Positions 19,401-28,499 of a stretch of 64,000 nucleotides of DNA are shown in pieces; the first letter of the stretch is position 1, and each line of letters opens with the position of its first letter. Source of the DNA: an uncultured delta proteobacterium (GTDB lineage Bacteria > Myxococcota_A > Polyangia > Polyangiales > Polyangiaceae); contig CAVOKF010000007.1 in assembly GCA_963696385.1 (NCBI GenBank), forward strand, positions 512,001 through 576,000, read 5' to 3'. The notes beneath the pieces are model-generated. The model searched no databases and was not told the DNA's origin. It saw only the letters and a list, made by a program, of their open reading frames with translations. The translations under genes and the position numbers were made by a program.

Positions 19401-19741
19401 GCGGACACATCGATCTCGATGGATCGCAGCTCGTCGCCGTGCGGAAGGACACCGTCGCGCTCGGCGACCAAGAGGGTGGCCCACACGTGCTTGCAAGCGT
19501 CGCCTCCCAAGAAATGCGGACAGCTGCAGCTCGCCCGCAGCACGCTATCCACGGCGTGAAGCTCCACGTCGTAGCGCTGCTGCCCTCGCACTTCAGCGAT
19601 CACGGCTTCGGGTGTGGTCCGCACGATCCGGACGAACCCGCGCGTCGCGTAGTCGACCCCTCGAACGCGTGTGATCGGCGTGAAGATGCCCTCCAACCGG
19701 CGGAGGCTGGACGGCGCCACGGCAAATAGCGTACGCGTCAC
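16454..19741 (-). CDS. SWIM zinc-finger SNF2-family helicase/ATPase
   Basis: CSCPHF...ACKH (SWIM), LADDMGLGKT, ILDEAQ, LTGTPVEN, SLKAGGTGLNL, QAIDRAHRIGQ. Confidence 0.93.
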   Translation of the reverse strand: MTRTLFAVAPSSLRRLEGIFTPITRVRGVDYATRGFVRIVRTTPEAVIAEVRGQQRYDVELHAVDSVLRASCSCPHFLGGDACKHVWATLLVAERDGVLPHGDELRSIEIDVSAGDATDDDNKGRDGDERDRGPTQITPAIPKRPSTRGPEASWRDLMAARAASARPPEPGRSTLRFVLDPVATKARGSLVVRVVERVGPQNAGLWRPARIGRPWGSFVPESDAWVLGLLDAASQAAGGHGAAHGALGAGTFSVGRASRELLERLVASGRAYLGEPDRVPLRWDPEPYSLALAVTQPDEGDTLRVRAILERADEAVPACDPELVLIGGFAFWADRVAPFDDRGHFAWLAEERASQPAALPIHEVDDFIDALFRAPRAPRLTLPPEHAVPEVHGAGRPYALLQTNRQAAIEGGQRVEAGFDYDGVRVPLDTRGSAVFDRARRRLVVRDAGAEDTARGQLEAVGVRPLQHWQRRTAERCAHRIALGKVEPAARALVGLGWRIEVNGTLRRSAGAFAVSVSTGIDWLEVGVQARFDGIDAAFPELLAALRQKRRNIVLADGSVGELSDDQIEKLRRWVAMAAPRDDGLRFHKVQAPLVAALLESERLPTFDAGFAALRRDVHAFADITPLDPPRTFQGSLREYQRHALGWFKALRQLGFGGCLADDMGLGKTVQVLAMLDARRQERPAPGPSLVVAPRSVLFNWAAEVARFAPRLRVLEHDGPTRADPGGNFGDYDLVLTTYGLLRSDLEALSQLDFDYVILDEAQAIKTARTATAQAARALRARHRLALTGTPVENHLGELAALLDFLNPGLLGASNALSTLAQGTHRIDDATRDVLARAVRPFFLRRTKRQVAPELPDRIEQTISCELEGEQRRRYDQLHGHYRRSLGRRVARDGVARSTAHILEALLRLRQAACHPGLIDEGLRGEPSAKLDVLLQHLDALRTQGQKALVFSQFTSLLSIVRDRLERSGIEYEYLDGATTDRAGCVARFQSDARCSVFLLSLKAGGTGLNLTAAEYVFLLDPWWNPAVEAQAIDRAHRIGQARTVLAYRLIARGTVEEKVAQLQSQKRELADALFGEGGAAVGGLTRADLELLLS

Positions 19742-19768
19742 GATGCCAAGGCAAGACTGCTGCCACGC

Positions 19769-20194
19769 TCAGGGCGAGGCAAGTTCCATTTCTTGCGGCT
19801 CCCAGCTCTCGCGGGCGAGCAACGCGGAGACGCGAGCACGGACCTCGTCGCGGATCTCGCGTACGCGCTCGATGGGCTTGCCCTTGGGGTCCTCGAGCGG
19901 CCAGTCGTCGCGTCGCAGACCCGGGACAACCGGGCATTGCTCGCCGCATCCCATCGTCACGAGCATGTGCGCGCTGCGCGCCAGGTCGTCGGTCAGCTTT
20001 TGCGGCTTGCGGTCGCTCAGATCGATCCCGACTTCGCGCATCGCCTCAAGCACCTCTGGATGAACATGCGCTCCGGGCTCGGTGCCGGCGGAGATTGCGT
20101 GCGCCTTCGTCGCGTCGGCCAGCGCGTTGAACCAGGCGGCTGCCATTTGCGAGCGACCCGCATTGTGGACGCACGCGAAGATCACGGTATTCAT
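19769..20194 (-). CDS. arsC: Arsenate reductase ArsC / low-molecular-weight phosphatase family
   Basis: FACVHNAGRSQMA P-loop, VTMGCGEQCP, DWPLEDPKG. Confidence 0.88.
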   Translation of the reverse strand: MNTVIFACVHNAGRSQMAAAWFNALADATKAHAISAGTEPGAHVHPEVLEAMREVGIDLSDRKPQKLTDDLARSAHMLVTMGCGEQCPVVPGLRRDDWPLEDPKGKPIERVREIRDEVRARVSALLARESWEPQEMELASP

Positions 20195-20235
20195 GGGACC
20201 GCCTCGGCTCTCCTTATTTTTCCACAAACATCGAG

Positions 20236-20325
20236 TTATTCGGCCAAAAAGCGCCTCGATCCGCAGCAGGTGCCCTTGCTGCCATTCTTGCAGCCGTCCT
20301 CCCAGAGGTAGGCGCTCAGCTTGCT
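20236..20325 (-). pseudogene. Probable 3' remnant of an arsR gene
   Basis: Reads SKLSAYLWEDGCKNGSKGTCCGSRRFLAE*, like Cys-rich ArsR C-termini; no start codon; directly upstream of arsC. Confidence 0.45.
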
Positions 20326-20949
20326 TTAGCCGCCGAGACCGTGCTCCTTGGCGATGGCCGCGTTCTTGGCGTCGGCCCGCTGCGCTGCCGGGCGAGCCGC
20401 GAGCCGCTCGGCGTAGCCGATGAACGTCGGCGTCGCCTCGATCAGCTTGAAGCGCAGCAGGTACCGGACGGCACCGCCAAAGATGCAGTCCGCCATCGAG
20501 AAGCGATCGCCCAGGACGTAGCTTTTTCGAGCGATGGCGCTCTCCATCGAGGCGATCACGCTCTCGTACGTGCCCCAGCCGACCTGGCCCGGCTTGAACT
20601 GCGCGCCCGCGGTCTTGGCCCAAGCGGCCGGCTCAATCACGGACGGCGCAAACAAGGACCAGCGAAGGTACGCGGCGCGTGCCGGATCGTCGGGCGACGG
20701 CGCGAGCGTGCCGAGCGAGTACCGGTCCGCCAGGTATAGGCCAATCGCGGCCGCCTCGGTCACGACGAGGTCGCCGTCGGTCAGGATGGGCACCTTGCCC
20801 ATGGGGTTGAGCGCGACGACATCGGGCGCCTTCTGCCCGCCCTTCATGATGTCGACGAAGCGGAGATCGTACGGCACGCCGAGCTCCTCGAGGACCCAGA
20901 CGACGTTCGCCGCGCGCGAGAAGGGATGGTGGTAGAGCGTGATCGACAT
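20326..20949 (-). CDS. Glutathione S-transferase family protein
   Basis: LYHHPFSRA, LNPMGKVP, TEAAAIGLYL, GDRFSMADC. Confidence 0.92.
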   Translation of the reverse strand: MSITLYHHPFSRAANVVWVLEELGVPYDLRFVDIMKGGQKAPDVVALNPMGKVPILTDGDLVVTEAAAIGLYLADRYSLGTLAPSPDDPARAAYLRWSLFAPSVIEPAAWAKTAGAQFKPGQVGWGTYESVIASMESAIARKSYVLGDRFSMADCIFGGAVRYLLRFKLIEATPTFIGYAERLAARPAAQRADAKNAAIAKEHGLGG

Positions 20950-21180
20950 GCTGGTGAGGCTAGCCTAGGCGAGTCGCGCGGATAACACGATGCGGTACTC
21001 GGGGGCCGCGTGATTGCGAAAAACGCCTCGCCAGAACACCTTCGTAACCGTAACGGATCCGCCCCATCCGGCTGAAAAGGGTGCTCGGCCGCGTGCTAGG
21101 CTTGGATTGTCGTGTCGGGCACCCCCTCGCCACCGAGGCTGGAACCTCGCAGCTCTCGGCCCGCCGTGGGACGAGAAGGC

Positions 21181-22068
21181 GTGCTCTACGAGGAGCGGCT
21201 TCGACGCGAGCCACGGTGGGCTATGGCCGAATCCGATCGATTCTTCCAGGGTGCCAGCGGACTTCACGAGACGCTTCGCAACCTCACGGCGAAGCTCGAC
21301 GAGCTTGGCATCCCGTACGTCGTGATCGGGGGGATGGCGCTCACCGCCCACGGCTTCGCGCGGATGACGGAAGACATCGACGTGCTCGTCACGAAGCCCG
21401 ACCTCAAGAAGATCCACGCGAAGCTCGTGGGTCTCGGGTACCAGCGCGCGTTCGAGGGCAGTAAGAACATCCGCGACACGAACACGAACGTGAAGATCGA
21501 GTTCGTGCTGACGGGCGACTACCCCGGCAGCGGCGAGCCACAGCCCGTGAGCTTTCCCAATCCGGCCGACGCCGAACCGGTCGTGTTGGAAGGCGTGAAG
21601 TTCGTCGGCCTGCACCGCCTCATCGAGTTGAAGCTCGCCTCGGGCATGACGGGCGGGCCGGACCGCGCGAAGGACATCGTTGATGTTCAACAACTCATCA
21701 AGCTCCTTCAGCTATCTCGTTCCGTCGACAACGATCTGCACGAGTACGTGCGCGGCAAGTACGAGCAGCTATGGGATGAACTGCACGCCGTAAGGAAGAA
21801 GTACGTCCTCCTGTGGCGCAACAAGTTCTCGACCATCGACGCGAAGAGCATCGACGACATGATCGAGACCTTGAGCGGCGCCGCCGATGGGCTACGCCGG
21901 ATGAAGGCCGATGGCGTCACCCTTGATCCGGAGCGGGGGACGGGGGACGACTACGCCTACCTCACGACGACCGACGCCGATGTTGCGAAGAAGTACGGTA
22001 TGCACGACGAGTCCGAGTTCTTCGGCGACCACGGCGAAGAGGAAGTCGAAGAGGACGGCGACAAATAG
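21181..22068 (+). CDS. Nucleotidyltransferase-superfamily protein with extra C-terminal domain
   Basis: YVVIGGMALTAHGFARMTEDIDVLV (GG...DxD motif), LIELKLASG, KDIVDV; GTG start after GAAGG. Confidence 0.7.
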   Translation: MLYEERLRREPRWAMAESDRFFQGASGLHETLRNLTAKLDELGIPYVVIGGMALTAHGFARMTEDIDVLVTKPDLKKIHAKLVGLGYQRAFEGSKNIRDTNTNVKIEFVLTGDYPGSGEPQPVSFPNPADAEPVVLEGVKFVGLHRLIELKLASGMTGGPDRAKDIVDVQQLIKLLQLSRSVDNDLHEYVRGKYEQLWDELHAVRKKYVLLWRNKFSTIDAKSIDDMIETLSGAADGLRRMKADGVTLDPERGTGDDYAYLTTTDADVAKKYGMHDESEFFGDHGEEEVEEDGDK

Positions 22069-22410
22069 CCCTCCTCGGCAGCAAGGGTCTTGACGCCCGT
22101 CGTCACGAGGACGGCAGCGGGAACGGACTTGGCGAGGGTCGCGTCCGCGCCGTGCCGCGTTTTTGCGAGTTTGCACGCTCATGGCCACGATGGCACACTC
22201 GCGTCGGACGGATCGCGTCGGAGACGTGGGATCGTTTGCGCGTGGGATGAGGATGCAGCACGCTTTTCGGGCGTGTGCGCGTTTGGGGTGAGAGCAGAGC
22301 CTTGAAGCCGGTTTTGCAAATAACGTGACGGAAATACTCGCGTTCGGTCACTTAACTCGTGCGATTCGACGACATGGCCATTTCGAACATCCGCCCAAGG
22401 GGGGGTCATC

Positions 22411-24649
22411 ATGAAGAAGAACGCGTTGGCGGCATCGTGTGCAGCGCTTTTTGCGATCGCAAGCGGTTGCTACACCGGTGGCCCGACGTCGCCACCGGAA
22501 GACCTCCTGCCGTCCGGCGGCCCGGCCGGAACGGCAACCGGGATCGCCAGCGGATCGTCGCCGGGGTTCCCCGGAGCCGTTGGCACGGTCGCGCCCGCGT
22601 TCGGACCGACGGTCGTTGCCGCCGTCACGCCGCCTGCGATCTCGGGCGGCACGCTGATTGTGCTGACCGACGGCGCGACGGCGATCGCCTCGGATCCCGA
22701 CCGCGACGCTGTCTACGTGGTCGACACGGCGACGCTCACCGTGACGGCCACCGTCGCGCTCCAGGCGGGCGACGAACCCGGTCGCCTCGTGGAAGACGGC
22801 GCGGGCCGCGTTCACGTCGCGCTTCGGGGCGGGGGCGCGCTCGAAACGATCGAATCCGACGACGGGCACGATTCTCGAGCGTCGTAGCGTATGCCCCGCT
22901 CCCCGCGGCGTCGCGTGGGACTCGACCCGTGACGCGGTGTGGGTGGCCTGCGCGACCGGTGAGCTCGTGGCGTTGCCGGCCGCGGGCGGCGCCGCGCTGT
23001 CGTCGGTCACGGTCGAACGCGATCTGCGCGACGTCTTGGTCGAGAGCGACGGTTCGCTGGCGATCACGACGTTCCGGTCGGCCGAAGTGCTCCGAGTCGC
23101 AGCCGACGGCAGCGTCACGCGCCGCGACAGCCTCACCTCCCCCGTACAGGCGTTCGCGCCCCACGTCGCCTGGCGCAGCATTCAGGGGGCCAATCAGTCG
23201 ATTGTGGCCGTTTATCAGATCGAGGCGGAACAATCGATTCCGACCGGGGTCCCGAGTGCCTATGGGAGTATCTCCGCGGGCGCGGGCGGGATCGTCGCGA
23301 GCGCGTTGAGCGTCATGGGCCCCGATGGGGGCACCACCGCGACCTTCTTGCTCGACGGAATTCTCCCGGTCGACGTCGCGCTCTCTCCCGATGGCACGAC
23401 CGTGGCCGTCGCGGCACCTGGAAGCGCGTTCCTGACCGCGCAAGGGCAGAACCCCGTCGTCCTGTTCGGCCTCGACGGCACGAACACAACGCCGGCGCCG
23501 TCCTTTGGGATGACGAGTTCGGAGTCTTTCAGCGTCAGCTCCGGGCCACCGCAGACGGCCTCGGCCGCTGCGACCACGACGGGCTCGGCCGCTGCGACCG
23601 CGACGGGCTCGGGGTCATTCAGCGTCAGCTCCGGACCACCGCCAACGGCGGCCTCGGTTGGTTCGGCGCCCACGACGGCAACCGCAACAGCCACGGGAAC
23701 CCTCAGCGGCGCCATCCCCGTTCCGCTGCCGCCGTCCCCGGCCTCTGCGACCGATACGGCCGTGGAGTCCGGCAGCGGGACCAGCCCAGTCGCGGCAAAC
23801 GGCGCCGTGCCGGCGCTCGACGGCCCGGACGCGGCCACGGATACCGGGAACCCGGTTGCCGTCGCCTCCAATACGCCAGGCATCACTTCCAACCAGGTGA
23901 TTGCCGTCGCATTCGACCGCGCGGGTCACCTTCTCGTACAGACGCGCGAGCCCGCTCAACTGTTCGTTGTCGCCAGCGAGAACGCCGTCATCGGTGCAGG
24001 CACGGCGATCACGCTGTCGGCCACGTCTCGCGACGACTCGGGGCACGATATTTTTCACACCGGCGCCGGCGCGCAAATCGCCTGTGCCTCGTGCCACCCC
24101 GAGGGGGGCGACGACGGGTTCGTGTGGACGCTCAACGGCGATTTGCGGCGCACGCCTTCGATGCGCGGCACGATCGAGGGCACGGCCCCGTATCATTGGC
24201 CCGGCGACGAGGCGGACTTCACCGTGCTCACCAACGACGTGTACACGAACCGAATGGCCGGTGCCCCGCTCGACCCCGATCAGTTGAGCGCCCTTCAAGG
24301 CTGGGTCCAGGGGATCCCTGCGCCTCCCGCTCCATCGTGGGTCGATGCCGGCGCCGCGGCGCGGGGCCAAGTCCTTTTCGAGCGAAGCGACACGGCATGC
24401 TCGACCTGCCACTCCGGCGCGAAGTTCACGAACAACGAGACGCTCGATGTCGGAACCGGCGGAGCGTTTCAGGTCCCGCCTTTGGTCGGAGTCAGCTGGC
24501 GGTTCCCTTTCCTGCACGACGGTTGCGCTCAGACGCTCGCCGACCGCTTCGCGCTCGACGGCGGCTGCGACACTCCCGCGCACGGCACGACCTCCCAGCT
24601 GTCCGCCGAGGACCTGTCGGACCTCATCGCGTATCTCGAGTCAATCTAG
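22411..24649 (+). pseudogene. Lipoprotein with YVTN-type beta-propeller and di-haem cytochrome c (CCP/MauG-like) domain; apparent +1 frameshift at 22853-22854 (possibly a sequencing error)
   Basis: Signal ASG-C; GDEPGRLVED; removing one A joins ...ETIDPTTGTILERRSVCPAPRG; CASCH and CSTCH haem motifs; PFLHDGCA. Confidence 0.75.
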
Positions 24650-24651
24650 CG

Positions 24652-26566
24652 TCACGGCCCACAATAGTAAGCACCGACCGCTGCGAGCCAGGCGCCGTAG
24701 TTGCCTTGGTAGGTCGCCGGATTGCACAAGGCGGCGGCCCCGTCGAGGGCTTTCGTGAGGCACGCGTCCGCCTGGATCCAGGCCCCGCACGTCCCGGACT
24801 GGGCCTGCAGGCTGCACTGCACCGCATCGCCCGGGACACAGCCCAGCCCCACTCCCGCGAAGGGGGCCGATTGGCAGGCTTGTGTCAAGCAGTCGTCCAC
24901 GCACGCGGTGCTGTGAACGCACGCTGTGTCGAGAAAGGGCAACGCGCACGCGTGAATCCCCAGGGTCGTCGCCCAGTCGTCGCCGAAGGGCTGCAAGCAC
25001 ACCCCGCACGCGGTACCGGCGGAAAAAATGGAGCTGCACATCTCCGATTCCGGGCCGTCCGCGCAGGCAACGGCCGCGTTCTGAAGGTCGGTCACCGAGC
25101 ACGCCGCTTCGGGCACCAGCGCGAGCTCCTGCAACGCGGCCGGACAGCCGGCGTACGTCGCAGGACACGTCGTTTGCTCGCTCGTGCACGTCCGCGGTGA
25201 CACGCTCAAGTCGCACGTCGACGCCGGAGTCTCGCTCGTGCAGTCCTGGCACGCGGTCGCGTTCTGGCCACACTGCGTATCGATGAACCCGAGCTGGCAG
25301 GCGCCGTTCGCGTCGCAACAGCCGAGACAGCTCCACGGACCGCACGGAACGGACCCGTCCGGGGCCATGCAGCCGCCGGCCCTGCAGTGGTTTCCAGAAT
25401 CGGCGCAGTTCGCACAGGACGCTCCGAACAGACCGCATTGGGTGTCCGAAGAGACGGCGATGCAAGCCCCGGACGCGTCGCAGCACCCGTTGCAGTTGCG
25501 CCAACTGCATCCGGCTCCCCCGTCTTGGGCCGTACACCGCTGATCCGAACAAACGTCGCCGATCGACAGGCAGTTCTGGCAGTTCGTGCCCGACGTCCCG
25601 CACACGACGTTCGTGAGGCCTTGCTGGCAGTTGCCGCTCCAGTCGCAGCAACCCGACGGGCACGACTGCTCATTGCATGCGCCGGCGTCCTCCTGGGCGC
25701 AGCACTGCTGATTGACGCATTCGCCGCCGGAGGCCGTACAATCCGTGCAGTCGCTCCCGTAGATCCCGCACTGCGTGTCCGAGGCGCCGGGAAGGCAATG
25801 GCCGGCTGCATCGACGCATCCGAAGAAACACGCGGTCGGCGCAGGGTAGACGCACTGCTGCGCCGAACAGGTACCGGCCGGCGTGCTGAACGGGATGCCG
25901 TTGCTTTGGTAGCCCGGATCGTAGCCTGACGTGCAATCGGCGCAGGGCGCGCCGCCACTGCCGCATGCGGTGGCCAGACTTCCCGATTGGCAAGTTCCCC
26001 CGAACGCCCCTCCCCCCTCCCGTGCAACATCCGGAGGGGCACGACTCGGGGCCGCAACCGCAAAAGCGGGCCGTCTCGCAGTCGGTTCCCGCAGGGCAGT
26101 CGAAGCACTCCGATCCGGCCGGACACGTTTGACACGCGGCCCCGCCCGCGCCGCAGGCCGCCGGCGACCCGCCCGACTGGCACGTGCCGTTTGCGTCGCA
26201 GCAACCGGCCGGACAATGGGTCGAGTCGCACGGCGCCGGTTCGGAGGGCCCGCAGTCGCCGCCAGCGTCGATGCCGGGGCTGCACGCCATCGCGTCGGGG
26301 GAAGCGTTCGACCCGTCGATGCTGCCGCTGTCCACCCGCGCATCCACGCTCGAATCACCAATCCCGCCGGCATCGGCGTCGCTTCGGGCTTCGGCGTCGC
26401 TCGCATCGACGGGCGACGCGCTCGCATCGACCGAGGCGGCACTGCTGGCGTCGGGGGCGCGAGGCAGGCTGGAATCCGCGCTGCCTCCGCAGCCCACCGA
26501 GACGATCGCGATCCCCAGGATGGCGAACAAGACGAACCGATCCAGACCTTCGGCGCGTGGGTGCAT
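24652..26566 (-). pseudogene. Cys-rich repeat lipoprotein; apparent frameshift in the G6 run at 26012-26017
   Basis: Signal SVG-C in ORF 25670..26566; CxxGCCDxxGxC repeats continue in ORF 24652..26442 after CTGGGGAFGG. Confidence 0.75.
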
Positions 26567-26611
26567 GTCGTCGTTTCTCCTTGGGGAACGTCGCGCGGCG
26601 GTCCTGACTGA

Positions 26612-28237
26612 TCACTCGCCGCAGTAGTGGGTACCCACGGCGAGCAGCCAGGCCCCGAAATTTCCTGAGTACGTCGCGGGGTCGCAAAACGCCGCAGGCC
26701 CGCTCAATGCGTCCGTGACGCACGAATCGAGCGCGAGATACGACGCGCACGTTCCCGACTGCGCCTGTGCGACGCACGCGTCGCCGCCGTCGGGGAGATC
26801 CGCCACGCAGTCCAGACAGACCTCGGTCAGGCAGTCGGCGATGCACGCGCTGTTGTGATTGCACGTGGCGTCGACGTAGGGCGCGACGCAGGCACGCATC
26901 GAGGCTTGCATGAGAGGCGACACGGTGGCCTCCGTGTCGGCGCTTACCCATACCGGCGTCCCGAACGCGAAGGTCTGCAAGCAGGCGAAGCACGGCGACC
27001 CCGACGAGGCCATTTGGAAGTCGAGACACTGCACGTCGTCCAACACCGCGCATGCCGCCGCGGCATTTTCAAGCTCGTTCATCGAGCACACCGCCTGGAC
27101 GGCGGGCGGCGCCTCTTGCAATGCCGCGGGGCAGCCCACGTAGGCCGAGGGGCACGTCATGCGCTGGCTCGCACAAGCGCCCGCGTTGATGTCGCACGTC
27201 GAAGGCGGGTCGAGCTGTGTGCAATCCTGGCACAGATCTCCCGGCAACCCGGTGCTGCACTGCGTATCGAGAAACCCCGACTGACAGTTGCCGACCGCAT
27301 CGCAACAGCCGCCGCACGTGTCCACGCACGTGGGCCCTCCGTCGGCGCCCGCGCAGCTGCCCGCCGCGCACTGACCGCCCGAGATCGTGCAGTCGGCGCA
27401 GGCTTGGCCCTCTTGGCCGCACTGCGTGTCGAGCGTGCCAGCCAAGCAGTTGCCCAAGACGTCGCAGCAGCCGCCCCGGCACTCTTGGTTGCAGGGCGGC
27501 CGGCCGCTCGGGGCGGCACACTGCTGATTGGAACACACTTTGCCGACGGCCGCGCAATCCAGGCAATTGCGGCCCCATTGGCCACAAGCGATGCCCGTCA
27601 GGCCTTGTTGGCAGTTGCCGTTGAAATCGCAGCAGCCCGATGGGCACGTGACCCCGTTGCATCCCTCGCCCCCCTCCTCGGGAGCGTAGACACACGTCTG
27701 AAAGCGGCATACGCGGCCCGAAGCGGTGCAATCCGCACAGGGTTCGCCTTGACCGCACAGCGCGTCGACCGAGCCCGATTGGCACACGCCGTTCGGGTCA
27801 CAGCAGCCGGCGGGACACGAGCAGACCCCGGGCAAAGCCTCGGGAGCCGCATCGACGGTGCCGGCCGAGAGGCTCGCATCGGCGTCGATGCTGGCGTTGG
27901 GATTGGGGGTCGCCGTCGAATCGGGGATCGCGCCCGCGTCGACCCGCGCGTCCGCCTCGGCGTGTGCGCTTGCCTCGGTGCCGGCGTCGGGCGTCACGGC
28001 GAGGTTCCCGTCGCTGGGCTCGTCGCCTGAGCCGGTTGCGTCGACGCTTCCGTCGCGCCAATCCTCGCTCGCGTCCGCGCTGGTCATTTCGGCGTCGTCC
28101 AAAACCGCTTTCCCGCCGCAGCCCGCACCGACAAGCACCAGGACGAGCGAGCCCCTCCGGCACACCGCACGGAACGCGGCGCGTCCGCCTCCCACGCGGT
28201 TCAGCCGACCGGCCACTCCTCGTCTCCAGCCCACCAT
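26612..28237 (-). CDS. Cys-rich repeat lipoprotein, tandem paralogue of 24652-26566
   Basis: GAG-C lipobox, DA-rich linker, repeated GCCDxxGxCxxGxxDxxCG, shared C-terminus CDPATYSGNFGAWL...YCG; start uncertain. Confidence 0.78.
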   Translation of the reverse strand: MVGWRRGVAGRLNRVGGGRAAFRAVCRRGSLVLVLVGAGCGGKAVLDDAEMTSADASEDWRDGSVDATGSGDEPSDGNLAVTPDAGTEASAHAEADARVDAGAIPDSTATPNPNASIDADASLSAGTVDAAPEALPGVCSCPAGCCDPNGVCQSGSVDALCGQGEPCADCTASGRVCRFQTCVYAPEEGGEGCNGVTCPSGCCDFNGNCQQGLTGIACGQWGRNCLDCAAVGKVCSNQQCAAPSGRPPCNQECRGGCCDVLGNCLAGTLDTQCGQEGQACADCTISGGQCAAGSCAGADGGPTCVDTCGGCCDAVGNCQSGFLDTQCSTGLPGDLCQDCTQLDPPSTCDINAGACASQRMTCPSAYVGCPAALQEAPPAVQAVCSMNELENAAAACAVLDDVQCLDFQMASSGSPCFACLQTFAFGTPVWVSADTEATVSPLMQASMRACVAPYVDATCNHNSACIADCLTEVCLDCVADLPDGGDACVAQAQSGTCASYLALDSCVTDALSGPAAFCDPATYSGNFGAWLLAVGTHYCGE

Positions 28238-28499
28238 GGACCTATGAGGGGCGAGCGGGTGAAATTTACCATCGGTTATCGCCTCGCGCCCGAGGAGTGC
28301 GGCTCGAAATGCGTTGCACATTTGCATTATCGCGGTCTACCGCCGAAGTAAGGCTGTTCGGCAGGTTGGCGCGAGCACATGGATCGAGCGGAAACGGCGG
28401 GGGTGGACTTTTGGGCGGGCCTCGGAAAGACTCGCGTTTCGCCCGCGATTGGAATTCTACGCTTGAGCGCCCGATTTTGAAGTCCCGATCGGAGGCAAG

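Noticed and set aside
16454..19741. SNF2 helicase as part of a DISARM/Zorya-type defence system
   Set aside because: Typical stand-alone SWIM-SNF2 architecture with no methylase, nuclease or other defence neighbours
20236..20328. Stop-codon readthrough from GST into the Cys-rich peptide
   Set aside because: The stop is TAA, no recoding signal is visible and GST is already full length; a gene remnant is the simpler explanation
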